DNA of 64,000 nt from the IMG/VR virus record IMGVR_UViG_3300045988_094037; one strand, 5' to 3'. Below, piece by piece: positions 1 to 10,045 of this stretch. The notes beneath the pieces are model-generated. The model saw only the letters and a program-made list of their open reading frames with translations. It ran no database searches and was not told where the DNA came from. A program made the position numbers and the translations under genes. Source of the DNA: a virus. Each line of letters starts with the position of its first letter. The stretch's first letter is position 1.

Positions 1-55
1 GGGTATCTTCTCTAAGAAGCCTTATAAATTTACGGTATCATTTCGTGATGATATT

Positions 56-391
56 ATGCTTTCTACCTTTTTAATCAATGCTCGAACCGAAAAAGAAGCG
101 GTTAAAACGGGGAAAAACTATGTTGAAAATATAGTTCAATGTTGGGTTGAACAGTCAGAAGAAAATCAAGCCACCGGCGAATATATGATTTTAACTGGAA
201 ATATGGCTGATACAAAAAGATTTGAGTGGTCGCCTAAAATCTACGCCATTACCGGGTATGAAATTAAATTTATTTCTTGTGAAATGGTTTGCGACTGGGC
301 AAAAGAAAGGGTCGAGAGAGCGGCAAGAGAACTGACTATGGAGCAATTTAAGCAAGTTTTTAGTGAAATTCCGGCTGAGATTTTTCATTAA
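56..391 (+). CDS. hypothetical protein (111 aa)
   Basis: Intact ORF in the track; weak RBS; no recognisable motif. Confidence 0.4.
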   Translation: MLSTFLINARTEKEAVKTGKNYVENIVQCWVEQSEENQATGEYMILTGNMADTKRFEWSPKIYAITGYEIKFISCEMVCDWAKERVERAARELTMEQFKQVFSEIPAEIFH

Positions 392-408
392 AGAAAGGAG
401 ATTTTTAG

Positions 409-660
409 ATGGTTGATATTGATTTCAACAAACTGAATGATGAGGAGTTGCAATGGTTGAGTGCTACCGCCTATAAAGAAGTGGCACTTAGAAAACAAAA
501 AGCGCAAGAGAAAGATTGGAATAGTCTAATCGAAAAGATAGACGAGTATTGTAAAAAGTATGGAGAAATAACTATCGTTGGATATGGAGATGAATTTGTT
601 TTTGAATCTCCGATACGGTGTAACTGTATAGGAGAAATCAATTTAGAAAACGAGGATTAA
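409..660 (+). CDS. hypothetical protein (83 aa)
   Basis: ORF with AAAGGAG RBS 8 nt upstream; followed by a hairpin plus T-run. Confidence 0.55.
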   Translation: MVDIDFNKLNDEELQWLSATAYKEVALRKQKAQEKDWNSLIEKIDEYCKKYGEITIVGYGDEFVFESPIRCNCIGEINLENED

Positions 661-695
661 GAAAAGAGAGGCTTTGGCCTCTCTTTTTATTTTAT
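661..695 (+). terminator. rho-independent terminator
   Basis: gagaggctttggcctctc hairpin followed by TTTTTATTTT. Confidence 0.6.
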
Positions 696-1474
696 ATTTT
701 CTAAACTCGACGGGCCGGTCGCGGGCGACTCGGCCCGAATTTCCCCGATCGGACCATAGCGCAAAATTTTCATAGCAACTTGGCCATAACGCAACTTCAT
801 AGCAATTTTCCCAAAATTCATAACGCCATCTTTCAAACACCGATCGGCCCTACTTTACTTCTTTCTTTATCTAGTTCCGATCGGTCCAGCAATATTGGCT
901 CTCTCGTCCAATTTTTTATAATAAAAATCTTAAAATTGTCAAGTATTCACAGTACCAAAACTTTCTAAAATACAACTAGCAATAGCAAAGATATAGCTAT
1001 GAAAAACAAATACGACCAGAGATTTCTTTCGCGGAACCGATCGGTTTAACACGATTTTATGATAAAAATAGCTCAAAAATAGAGATTTTAGCTAGATAAA
1101 CCGATCGGCCCGCGATCTTTTACCTCTTGTTATCGCAAAATATAACAAAAAACCTCTAAAATCTTGCAAAAATGCGCGTTTTTCTAACAAATTTACTTAA
1201 AAATAAGCAAAAAATGCCTCGTTTTTCTCAAAATTTCTTGATATTCACAGAATTAAAACCATTAAAGATACAGCAAACAATAGTAAAGATGTTGCTAACT
1301 ATTTGAAAAGGAAAAATCTTTTCCGCGGGATTCCGTTAAAGCGATCTTTTTATCTAGACCCGATCGGTTCGACAATATATAAAAAATATAATATAATATA
1401 TACATAAGATAAAGAAAAGGAGGATTTTAGTTTAAGAAGCATCATAACGCTTTTTCTAACTAAAAGAACTTATT

Positions 1475-1930
1475 ATGAATAGTTATGAGATTATGATTCG
1501 TGATGCAATGCAGAATGGTTCTACTCAGGAGGAGATTGCAAAGGCATTTACTGATGCTATGAATAGAATCTCCGAGGCTAACGCCGCAGACCATGAACGA
1601 GATATTCTTCTGGATGAGATTGAGTCTACTTTTTATGGCAATGTTGATGATTTGTCTCTCACTGAGGATGACGTTGGTCGTGTAGCTGCGCTGGTTTATA
1701 GCAAGAGCAATCCTAAGTGGACAGCAAATGATATTAAGCAGTTTATGCAGGCTATGACTGTAACTGCTAAGACTTCCGCTCGAGTAGTCAATGCAAAGAG
1801 TCTTGATGAAGTAATTGACATTGCTGTTGACTCTATTTCTGATGCTCTCGCAAAGAGTGTGCCTCAGGTTAAGGGTAATACTAAGTCTGATGAAGATAGT
1901 ATTATGGAGTTTTTGAAGCATTTAAAGTAA
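1475..1930 (+). CDS. hypothetical protein (151 aa)
   Basis: ORF from the track; hairpin terminator downstream (1950-1990). Confidence 0.5.
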   Translation: MNSYEIMIRDAMQNGSTQEEIAKAFTDAMNRISEANAADHERDILLDEIESTFYGNVDDLSLTEDDVGRVAALVYSKSNPKWTANDIKQFMQAMTVTAKTSARVVNAKSLDEVIDIAVDSISDALAKSVPQVKGNTKSDEDSIMEFLKHLK

Positions 1931-1949
1931 CAAGAGGAAAAAGATTAAA

Positions 1950-1992
1950 GGAGAGAGAAGTATTGTAGCTTCTCTCCTTTTTTATATATATT
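1950..1992 (+). terminator. rho-independent terminator
   Basis: ggagagagaag...cttctctcc stem followed by TTTTTTATAT. Confidence 0.6.
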
Positions 1993-2143
1993 ATAATCGC
2001 GGAAGGCTAGGTTTACGATCGTTGTGACGAGTGTTGTGATGGTTCGTACCTAGACCCGATCGGCACCCAACTCCATCATTTTATAAACTTCTTTTAATTT
2101 CCTTTAATTTCTTTCAATCTTCATATAAAGATAATCTACATCT

Positions 2144-2533
2144 CTATCCAGTTCTATTTATCTCTCTTATCCTTCCAACCAAATCATATATCTCTCCATT
2201 TTTATCTCGATTTTTCAATTCGATTTCTCTAAAACCTTCTTCTAACTTTTCAATTCGTTTTTCTAAATCGGTTATAGAGTCCTCTAAATCTTGAGTAAAA
2301 ACATCTATACTTATCCTATTATGATACTTATCTACTATAACTCTACTTCTTCCTTCTACCTTTAAATTCTCTTCCATCCATTCTTCTAACTTATCATCAA
2401 ATTTATTCTTTACAAAATATACCTTGCCTTCTTCTTCATCATCTTTAAAGTAAACTAATACTGGTTCATACTAATTTAATCCATTCTTCATGAATTGATA
2501 ATTTTCTACCTTAATCGGTTTAAATACTTCCAT
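2144..2533 (-). CDS. hypothetical protein (~129 aa), needs read-through of one TAG
   Basis: The track ORF 2144-2377 extends upstream in frame through TAG to an ATG at 2531-2533 preceded by AGGAGGA. Confidence 0.45.
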
Positions 2534-2627
2534 GCCTTAATCCTCCTACTCATCGCTTTTTCACAAATACATAAAAAAGTCGCGACTGTTATCTTAACTC
2601 TGTTATCTAATATATGTTATATTTGTT

Positions 2628-2877
2628 GTATTGTCAGAATACCATGAAATGGATTTTTATTTACTTTCATGGTATTGTCAGAATACTATGACATGGTATT
2701 GTTGGAAAGCTATGAAAATCCTTTTTATTTAATTTCATAGTATTATCAGAATACCATGAAAACAATTTCATCGCTTTCCAACAAATACATGAAAATTTCA
2801 TAGCTTTTTCACAATATGATGAAATCATAGTATTCTCAGAAATACATGAAATTTTTCATAGTATTGCAGAAATACGA
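2628..2877. repeat. Five iteron-like repeats (GTATTGTCAGAATACCATGA-like), each with an internal inverted repeat
   Basis: Copies at ~2628, 2672, 2740, 2830 and 2861, lying between two minus-strand regulator-like genes. Confidence 0.6.
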
Positions 2878-3267
2878 TTAAAAAGAAAATTTCTCTCCAT
2901 CTGGAGCTATATAATTATACTTATCGTCGTCACTATCAATAGGAATCTCGTAAAAATCGTAATATCCTTTTCTCTCAACTGGAACTAAATATCCCTTTTT
3001 TACCAATCCATCTACTGCACTTGTATATTTCGCTCTCTTTATACCAAGCTCTTTTTCTATAATAGTAGGCCCAAAATCATAATCAGTTAACCTCTCAGAT
3101 TGACTAGCAAAAAATATCCACAAAGAGAACTCTCCATCTGTCAACTCTCTACGGGCCGCAAATAACGCTTCCTTATTAATCCTAGCATATATATTATTAG
3201 TATCACATGGTTCCTTATGAATATGATTAATAGTTCGCTAATTAGGACTTCTTCTTTTGTCTGCCAT
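2878..3267 (-). CDS. winged-helix DNA-binding protein (~129 aa), one in-frame TAG
   Basis: The track ORF 2878-3144 extends through TAG (3238-3240) to ATG 3265-3267 with a GGAGGA RBS; contains an ELGIKRAKYTSAVDGLVKKGYL wHTH-like segment. Confidence 0.5.
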
Positions 3268-3463
3268 GGCAATCATCCTCCAATAGCGAACTTATCCCTT
3301 TATACTTCTAAACTGCATCCCTTAAATCCTAACTATCTTCAAAAAGATAAACATTTAACCAAGGTTTCTAAACATTAGGAACAGTTCCAACAATAATAAA
3401 ACCAAGATCACAAAGTTTGCGTGCTAACTTTACCGTAAAAACTTTATAAGTATCATTAGTCAT
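3242..3463 (-). CDS. hypothetical protein (~73 aa), three in-frame TAG
   Basis: ATG preceded by AAGGAG; only open if TAG is read as sense. Confidence 0.3.
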
Positions 3464-3478
3464 TTAGTTTAATCTCCT

Positions 3479-3622
3479 TTAGTCTATTTTATTTTTCTCA
3501 ATATATTCTTTAACAGCCTTTCTAATTACCTAAGACATTGTTAAATCACAACTCTTAGCAAAGACTTCCAAATCTTTCTTCTCTTCCTCTGTTAATCTAA
3601 CAGAAACAGTGGAATAATTCAT
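3479..3622 (-). CDS. ribbon-helix-helix (CopG/Arc-like) DNA-binding protein (47 aa), one in-frame TAG
   Basis: Translates to MNYSTVSVRLTEEEKKDLEVFAKSCDLTMS(Q)VIRKAVKEYIEKNKID; GAGAGG RBS; direct repeats lie upstream. Confidence 0.5.
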
Positions 3623-3733
3623 AAAATCACCTCTCTACTATTCTTTACTTTTATTATAACATAATTTTCTGGTTTTGTCCTAAAATTTGTTAAACTTTTT
3701 TCTAAAATTATAAACAATAGAACAATCAATCCA

Positions 3734-3815
3734 TTAGAAAATTTTGGACAAGTCATTAGAAAAAATCGGACACTTTATTAGAAATTTTTGGACACTCGTT
3801 AGAAAATTTTGGACA
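3734..3815. promoter_or_regulatory. Four direct repeats of TTAGAAAATTTTGGACA at ~22-bp spacing (candidate operator for the RHH protein)
   Basis: Copies at 3734, 3756, 3778 and 3799, upstream (minus-strand sense) of the RHH gene at 3479-3622. Confidence 0.5.
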
Positions 3816-3991
3816 AAAATACCTCTATGACCATTTTATTAAAATTACCGCGGGATTGCCAATTTCTCTGCCTAAAAAATTCCCGCATCCGTGAGAAATT
3901 ATGACGGTTCGTTATAATCCATAAGATTTACTTGCGTATCTTAATAAAATATGGTAATATATTTATATAAATAAGAAAAGAGGTTTTGCTC

Positions 3992-4498
3992 ATGCCATTA
4001 GCTATTGGATTCTTTATATTACTCATGGTTACATCGCTTATAGTATTATATAAAGACTGTGACTCTTTTGCAGAATATCTATTCTCTACAATTCTCGGAG
4101 TTGTACTTTCAGCGTTTATCGCTTTCTTATTTGCGATTATAATTTGTGGTATTGTTATTTTTATTGAACCTGCAACTTATTCTGCAAAAACCACTCAAAC
4201 ATATTCTATTACTGCTTTGAGTGATAATTTTAGTTCTTACGTAGGCCGTTATTATACAGAAGATGGGCTCTATTACTCATTCCTGTATCAAACAGATAAA
4301 GGTATAACCGCCAAATCTATTGAGGCAGATCAGTCCTATATTAAGAATACAGATGATGCCCCATACATAGAAGAAAACAAAATCCGTTTTAAAAACCCAG
4401 TTTTGAATTTCCTGCTTGGGCCATGGTCTACCGAGTATACCATCTATATTCCAGAAGATTCATTTATCCAAGAGAATTATGTAATCGACCTTGAGTAA
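3992..4498 (+). CDS. membrane protein (hypothetical)
   Basis: ATG after an AAGAGG RBS; two N-terminal hydrophobic segments; terminator downstream (4500-4537). Confidence 0.6.
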   Translation: MPLAIGFFILLMVTSLIVLYKDCDSFAEYLFSTILGVVLSAFIAFLFAIIICGIVIFIEPATYSAKTTQTYSITALSDNFSSYVGRYYTEDGLYYSFLYQTDKGITAKSIEADQSYIKNTDDAPYIEENKIRFKNPVLNFLLGPWSTEYTIYIPEDSFIQENYVIDLE

Positions 4499-4537
4499 AA
4501 TAAAGACGCTCTTAAAAGAGCGTCTTTATTTTTTTAT

Positions 4538-4575
4538 AAAATTATTATATAATATATATAGAAAGTTAAGGAAAG
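4538..4575 (+). promoter_or_regulatory. sigma-A-like promoter + RBS cassette (TTATATAAT ... AGAAAGTTAAGGAAAGGAAGT)
   Basis: This cassette recurs more than 20 times in the window upstream of TAG-free genes (e.g. 12515, 13105, 17470, 22395, 39610, 45255, 49300). Confidence 0.5.
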
Positions 4576-4587
4576 GAAGTAAAAGTT

Positions 4588-5022
4588 ATGAAGATTAGTG
4601 AACTGATTAAATCAGAAGGATATAAGAACTCCACTGTAAGAATCTGCGAGTTCCTCGGCTTTTCTGATACAGACCAACTCAAAAGAGCTAAATTCTTCGC
4701 TATTCAAGAAACTTATAGTCCTATTCCGGTTCTTGGAGTCAGCATTAATAATGGAGACCCAACTTGGCGGTTATGCGAAGTAGATAATAATGTAAGAGAT
4801 CTCTATTCTGTTGATGAAGGATATAAAATTCGCCTTAAAATTTGCAACGAGTTCGGAGGTCGTACTTACTATCAAAGTGACTTTCTTTCCTTGCTAAAAA
4901 GTGGACATATTGTTTACTGTCCCGATGAAAATAAATATGAAATTAAACACATTGTTTGCGCAGAAAAAATCAGTGATGGAACAATCTTAATTCATGAATT
5001 TGATTCTATAGAGGAGGTGTAA
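4588..5022 (+). CDS. hypothetical protein (144 aa)
   Basis: ORF immediately downstream of the promoter/RBS cassette. Confidence 0.6.
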   Translation: MKISELIKSEGYKNSTVRICEFLGFSDTDQLKRAKFFAIQETYSPIPVLGVSINNGDPTWRLCEVDNNVRDLYSVDEGYKIRLKICNEFGGRTYYQSDFLSLLKSGHIVYCPDENKYEIKHIVCAEKISDGTILIHEFDSIEEV

Positions 5023-5025
5023 AAT

Positions 5026-5217
5026 ATGGATATGTCATTTCTCGCATACACTGGCGCTTTTGAACTGGCTGCTCGAGAATTAGCTTCAAAGCCATGGACT
5101 ATGAACGATCCATCTCAGCAAGCTCAAATCTGCGCAAAATACGGTATCTTTTTTGATAACATAACAGATGATGAAATTGATATGCTTTCTCAAATGGTTG
5201 AAGAGTATTCTAATTAA
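5026..5217 (+). CDS. hypothetical protein (63 aa)
   Basis: ORF with GAGGAGG RBS. Confidence 0.5.
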   Translation: MDMSFLAYTGAFELAARELASKPWTMNDPSQQAQICAKYGIFFDNITDDEIDMLSQMVEEYSN

Positions 5218-5233
5218 AGAAAGGAAGAGAAAT

Positions 5234-5770
5234 ATGATTGGAAAGACTATTACTGTAAATGGAGTAAAGTGCCTTGTTCTTGACGAAATTGATGGTAACC
5301 CCTTCGTAATTGCACTTGAAGTAGGAATTGATTTTGTTTTTGGAAATTCTAATAACTATAAAGAGAGTACATTGCGGAAGGGCGCTGAGGCTTGGCTTAA
5401 GAAAACTGGCATCAAGGCTATTCCGCGCGATGTCGACCTGACCGCAATGGATGGATATAAAGGATATGGTTCGCTAAATACCGCTGTTGCACCCCTTACC
5501 TTCGACGAATATCGCAAGTATAATCATATTCTAACTCCTCATATCAAGAATTGGTTCTGGCTTGTTACTCCTTGGGGAAGCCCTGAAAAGGATAATTGGG
5601 CCTCGAACCACGTTTGCTTTGTCACCGGCGATGGATCTGCGCTCAACGTCAGCTACAACCACAGCCACGGACTGGCGCCGGCTTTCATTCTTGATAAAAA
5701 TGGGAAATCTCTTAGTGACTTTACTAACGAGGAGCTAATTGCTGAACTCAACAAGAGACTGAAGGTATAA
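5234..5770 (+). CDS. hypothetical protein (178 aa)
   Basis: ATG 5234 preceded by AAGGAAGAG; in frame with the track ORF 5168-5770. Confidence 0.55.
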   Translation: MIGKTITVNGVKCLVLDEIDGNPFVIALEVGIDFVFGNSNNYKESTLRKGAEAWLKKTGIKAIPRDVDLTAMDGYKGYGSLNTAVAPLTFDEYRKYNHILTPHIKNWFWLVTPWGSPEKDNWASNHVCFVTGDGSALNVSYNHSHGLAPAFILDKNGKSLSDFTNEELIAELNKRLKV

Positions 5771-5773
5771 GAT

Positions 5774-6646
5774 ATGTATATCCTCAATTCAAGTCTTATA
5801 AATCTTATCCTTACCGAATACGCCGAAAAAGTTAAATTCGGTTATAATAAAATTTCGTATGATTCGTGGAGAACCCTAAAGAAACTAAGTAATACTAGTA
5901 CCGATTATATAGTCAAAATAGAGATTACAGATAAAAACTCTATGCTCTATTTAACTGACACCCGAACCGATATTACCAGCGCGATCCCTGTAACTGATGG
6001 ATTCGCTTATCTTGTTAAAGAAAGGACTATTCATATGGTTGACACCAATTCTAACATCAATGCGCCTATGCCCAACAAAAGCGGAAACACTACTCGAAAA
6101 GGCTTTAATATGAACTTTGATTTTGGCCCTTGCGGGGATGAGGTAGCTTTTTCTCCTTATGGCTTGGCTATTCGTAATTCTAAGGGTGAGTATTTTACCT
6201 ATAATCCTGCTACTAAGCAGACCATTGATGTGACTGGCTTTACCTTCTCCTTCCAGAACATGGTATATCGTATGCCTGTCGCAGCCTCTGCCGTCAAAGA
6301 GGGCGATATGATTATTCATAAGCATCATCCTATGTTTGTATCTGCGGTTGACGGCAGTAATATTGAAGTCGTAGATATCTTGGAATCTGAGGTTAAGACT
6401 GTAATTCCTACCTCTAATCCTTTTGGCTTCAATTTTATTACCAAGATTATGCCTATCATTAATTTTGGTAATACTGCTCCTTCTCCTGATCAGCCCTTCG
6501 GCAATCTCATGCCTATGATGATGGCTAACATGGTTTTTGGCGACAGTGACGGCAACAGCAGCGATATGGGTAAGATGTTTATGCTCTCTACCATGATGGG
6601 CAACTCTAATCCTTTTAGCTTCCTCACTGGAGACACATCTAAGTAA
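5774..6646 (+). CDS. hypothetical protein (290 aa), C-terminus rich in Met/Gly/Asn
   Basis: ORF from the track; the antisense ORF 5951-6676 is judged a shadow ORF. Confidence 0.6.
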   Translation: MYILNSSLINLILTEYAEKVKFGYNKISYDSWRTLKKLSNTSTDYIVKIEITDKNSMLYLTDTRTDITSAIPVTDGFAYLVKERTIHMVDTNSNINAPMPNKSGNTTRKGFNMNFDFGPCGDEVAFSPYGLAIRNSKGEYFTYNPATKQTIDVTGFTFSFQNMVYRMPVAASAVKEGDMIIHKHHPMFVSAVDGSNIEVVDILESEVKTVIPTSNPFGFNFITKIMPIINFGNTAPSPDQPFGNLMPMMMANMVFGDSDGNSSDMGKMFMLSTMMGNSNPFSFLTGDTSK

Positions 6647-6772
6647 TCCTAATAGGCGAGATTGGAGAATTTCCAATCTCGCCTACCCGCGCATCTTCTA
6701 TTTTTCTCTTGTTGCAATTATATTTATTATAATATATAATAAATATATAAAATAAGAAAGGAAGTAAATGCC

Positions 6773-7003
6773 ATGACTGCTATTATTACTTGTTCTATCG
6801 AAAATAAAACTTTCGAGAGCCATTTCCCTATTGATAGAGAAACTCCTGAGTATATGATTGCGGACGAGGCATATAGGCTTGCTATTCTTTTCGCACAAAC
6901 TCAATTTATCGCAAAATTCGGTAGAATTATTTCTGGATATGATTTTGGCGAATTTCTCAAAAATCTTGATTATGATTATAAAATCAAAGAAGAGGCATCT
7001 TAA
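6773..7003 (+). CDS. hypothetical protein (76 aa)
   Basis: ORF behind the promoter/RBS cassette; terminator at 7012-7052. Confidence 0.5.
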   Translation: MTAIITCSIENKTFESHFPIDRETPEYMIADEAYRLAILFAQTQFIAKFGRIISGYDFGEFLKNLDYDYKIKEEAS

Positions 7004-7113
7004 AACTTTATTAACTAGCAAAGAGCTTCCTTAAAGGAAGCTCTTTTTCTTTTGCAAAAATTAAAAAATAATGATATAATAATTATAGAAGATGAGGAAA
7101 GGAGTATCAAAAG

Positions 7114-7335
7114 ATGAAGAATTACTATGAATACGAGGTAGAAATGTTCGAGGAGTTTCAAGTAAAGACTTATCAGGGCATTACATACGGTAACGACTTC
7201 GCTGAAGCTCTCAGAAATGTAGCTGATTACTACGGCGAGGAAAATTTAAATTCTGTAAAAATTATCCCCTGGGATTGCGAAGGTTGTATTAGCTTGAGCA
7301 AGAACGCGCTTAATGAAATTCGTGAAAATCATTAA
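7114..7335 (+). CDS. hypothetical protein (73 aa)
   Basis: GGAAAGGAG RBS. Confidence 0.55.
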   Translation: MKNYYEYEVEMFEEFQVKTYQGITYGNDFAEALRNVADYYGEENLNSVKIIPWDCEGCISLSKNALNEIRENH

Positions 7336-7348
7336 GGAGGTTTAAATT

Positions 7349-7831
7349 ATGCCTGTTGCACCTAGTTTTCAGTCCTATAAGCGCATTACTGAAGAGCCTT
7401 TTATTAAAAATGGTAAATATTATGTTACTGTAGAGCATCCAAATACTAAGAATCATCGAGATGTTCGCTACTATAGCGATGCAGAATATGCAAAAGCCTA
7501 TGGTAAGAAGATTGTTGATACCGATAAAGGCTATGATGGTCTAAAGCATGCTCGCGGCTTTGACAATGGGCCTATTCTTGTAATTCGTGGAAATAAGGCC
7601 GCTGACGAAGATTGGTTGCGGGAGTCCGTAGCTAGATATGCCGTAGGGATTGGTTGGTATATCGCTTCTACCGATATTTTCCCTGATGATGCTCCTGAGC
7701 ATCTGAAGTATCTCCTGCTCGGTTGGGATGAATTCCGTGATGGAGATGACCGTCATATGAAGAAACCTGCGGATTTGTCTACCTTACTCGATAAAAAAGC
7801 TAGAAATAAGGAATGGGTTAAAATGAAATGA
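7349..7831 (+). CDS. hypothetical protein (160 aa)
   Basis: AGGAGG RBS. Confidence 0.6.
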   Translation: MPVAPSFQSYKRITEEPFIKNGKYYVTVEHPNTKNHRDVRYYSDAEYAKAYGKKIVDTDKGYDGLKHARGFDNGPILVIRGNKAADEDWLRESVARYAVGIGWYIASTDIFPDDAPEHLKYLLLGWDEFRDGDDRHMKKPADLSTLLDKKARNKEWVKMK

Positions 7832-8078
7832 AAACTACTCTGCTGCTAATACTATATATGTTCCTTGTCTTTTCGTCTCTAATACTTCTGTATTCTTCAC
7901 CAACAATGCTTCACGCAGTCTTATATAGCATCTCCGCAACTTGTTGGATTACAAATCTAATCCTTTTCATTAGAGATATTTGACATAAAAATTACCACTT
8001 TAGTCAAGGAATCGGTTTGCAAAAAACAAAAAAATAAGTTATAATAAATATAGAAAGTAGGAAAGGAGATTTCTTGTA

Positions 8079-8387
8079 ATGAGCGTTAGCTATTTTACTA
8101 AAATCGTCTATGGAGTTCGTCTTGAAAATGACGAAATCAATGTCTTAAATCAGAAGGATGATGAATTTTGTGATAAAAATTGCGATTTTATTCACAGAGC
8201 TAACTACTATGATAATGATGAAGATATTGTAATTGGTATTCAAGTAGGCGATGACGTTGAAGAAGGGACAATTAGAGAAATCACTTTCTCTAATAACAAT
8301 CTTGAAACCAGTGAACTTAAAAACATTTTGGGCGCGTTAAACATTATGCGAGAACCTAAATGGTATGTAGTCCATTGTGTTTTGTAA
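8079..8387 (+). CDS. hypothetical protein (102 aa)
   Basis: GGAAAGGAG RBS. Confidence 0.55.
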   Translation: MSVSYFTKIVYGVRLENDEINVLNQKDDEFCDKNCDFIHRANYYDNDEDIVIGIQVGDDVEEGTIREITFSNNNLETSELKNILGALNIMREPKWYVVHCVL

Positions 8388-8469
8388 ATTACAAGAAATT
8401 TTCTTGACTTTACTCAAAAAATATCATATAATATAAATACAATAAAACAAGAGAGGAATTGATTAAATT

Positions 8470-8910
8470 ATGTCTAACACTGTAAAGAAGCCCACAAAGA
8501 AAGCCAATTATAATGCTATTTTGAGCATTTTGTCTGTCGCTGAGAACGAGGGTCTTGTCCTCGAGTCCAGTGAAATTACTTATGACAGCCTGCGCGAGTT
8601 CGTCGAGCACGAGGTAGAGTTGCTTGACAATAAGGCTGCTGCTGCCGCTAAGAGAGCTGCTGCTAAGAAGGTCGAGGGAGATGCTCTTCGCGAGAAGATT
8701 TATGAAGTCCTTGGTGATGAGCCTATGACTATCAATGATATTGTAAAGGCTTTGAACGACGAGGACATTTCTGCTCAGATGGTTACTGCTCGTCTAACCC
8801 AGCTTGCTTCTCCTGAGGTCAATCGTGTTGCTAAGGAGACCGTAAGTGTTCCTGCTTCCACTGAGGGTGGAAAGTCTAAGAAGCTCTCTGCTTACCGCAG
8901 AATTGGCTAA
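8470..8910 (+). CDS. hypothetical protein, possibly DNA-binding (146 aa)
   Basis: ORF followed by a strong terminator hairpin at 8920-8960. Confidence 0.55.
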   Translation: MSNTVKKPTKKANYNAILSILSVAENEGLVLESSEITYDSLREFVEHEVELLDNKAAAAAKRAAAKKVEGDALREKIYEVLGDEPMTINDIVKALNDEDISAQMVTARLTQLASPEVNRVAKETVSVPASTEGGKSKKLSAYRRIG

Positions 8911-9203
8911 TTAAAACCTTTAGAAAGGTATCTACGAAAAGTAGATACCTTTCTTTTTAGCCATACTTTAGTACAAATTGCAAATCCAGAAGGGCCACCT
9001 GGAAAATTCATAATATGAAATGCCGCGAATAATATTACGCAAATAGCGATAATAATAAAAACCACAGTTAAAACTCCTTTTTTATTTATATATTTATTAT
9101 AACAAAAGCAAAAGGATGTGTCAATTTGGCATTTTCATCTCAAGATTGACGGATTTTTTATTATATGCTATAATAAATATATAAATAAAGGAGGGCTTAT
9201 TTA

Positions 9204-9980
9204 ATGATATTTAGTGTAAATTATCATTCCAGCAATATAAAAATGGCTGGAGAGATACGTTGCCCCTACAATCAATTAGGAACAATCATTAAATTTCTTA
9301 AAGAAAATCCAAATAAAAGGTGTAATATAATTATTCCAGATGAATTAACTCAGGTGCAATTAACAAGATTGGCTGAGCAGGTTGAGATAATTAAAACAAT
9401 AGCAAATGATTACACTATTCAATGCGGAAACATATATCAATTAAATGATTTAAAAGATATGGGATATAATAGATATTTGCGGTTCCCGGTTACTGATTGG
9501 GAAACTTTTCAAGAATTGCGGGAGGCCAAGGTTAGTGACATCTATATAGATGGACCACTAGGATTTCAAATGGAGTTATTAGAAAAGGTTAAAGGAGATA
9601 TTAAGATAAGAGTATCACCCACCATTTCCCCTAATGTCTCCCTATCCGCAGAAAGAAAACCTTCAAGTTTTTTTATTCGTCCAGAGGATCTCCATTTATA
9701 TTCTGCTATTGATGTAATAGATTTTAAGCAACCTAATTTAGAAAAAGAAGATACTCTGTTTAATATCTATAATAGAGGTTCATTTAATTATGACATAAAT
9801 CTTCTTATTGATGGCTTACCGGCAAGAAATAATCTAACATTTAAAGAAACATTTGCAAAAACTCGTTTAAACTGTGGGCAAAAATGTAATATACCCGGTC
9901 ATTCTTGTCATTATTGTGATACTTATTTTTCAGTAATCTCGCATTTCCATGAACTTGCTAGACTTAGCAAAAAGAAATAA
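9204..9980 (+). CDS. hypothetical Cys-rich protein (258 aa)
   Basis: AAAGGAGGG RBS; clusters CxxC and CxxC...CxxC. Confidence 0.6.
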   Translation: MIFSVNYHSSNIKMAGEIRCPYNQLGTIIKFLKENPNKRCNIIIPDELTQVQLTRLAEQVEIIKTIANDYTIQCGNIYQLNDLKDMGYNRYLRFPVTDWETFQELREAKVSDIYIDGPLGFQMELLEKVKGDIKIRVSPTISPNVSLSAERKPSSFFIRPEDLHLYSAIDVIDFKQPNLEKEDTLFNIYNRGSFNYDINLLIDGLPARNNLTFKETFAKTRLNCGQKCNIPGHSCHYCDTYFSVISHFHELARLSKKK

Positions 9981-10045
9981 TTAGATTTTATTATTTTTAT
10001 ATATTATAATATTATTATAAAGATAATAAAAGGAGTGTTTCTAAA

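Larger units (their letters stand above)
740..2063. repeat. Seven dispersed copies of the palindrome CCGATCGG in an AT-rich region, which is non-coding except for one ORF
   Basis: CCGATCGG at ~746, 840, 877, 1037, 1101, 1360 and 2056; the flanks CTAGACCCGATCGG repeat at 1352 and 2050; no ORFs between 700 and 1440. Confidence 0.6.

Noticed and set aside
2628-3815. CRISPR array?
   Set aside because: The repeats are irregularly spaced, AT-rich and contain internal palindromes, and no cas genes are present; they fit operators/iterons.
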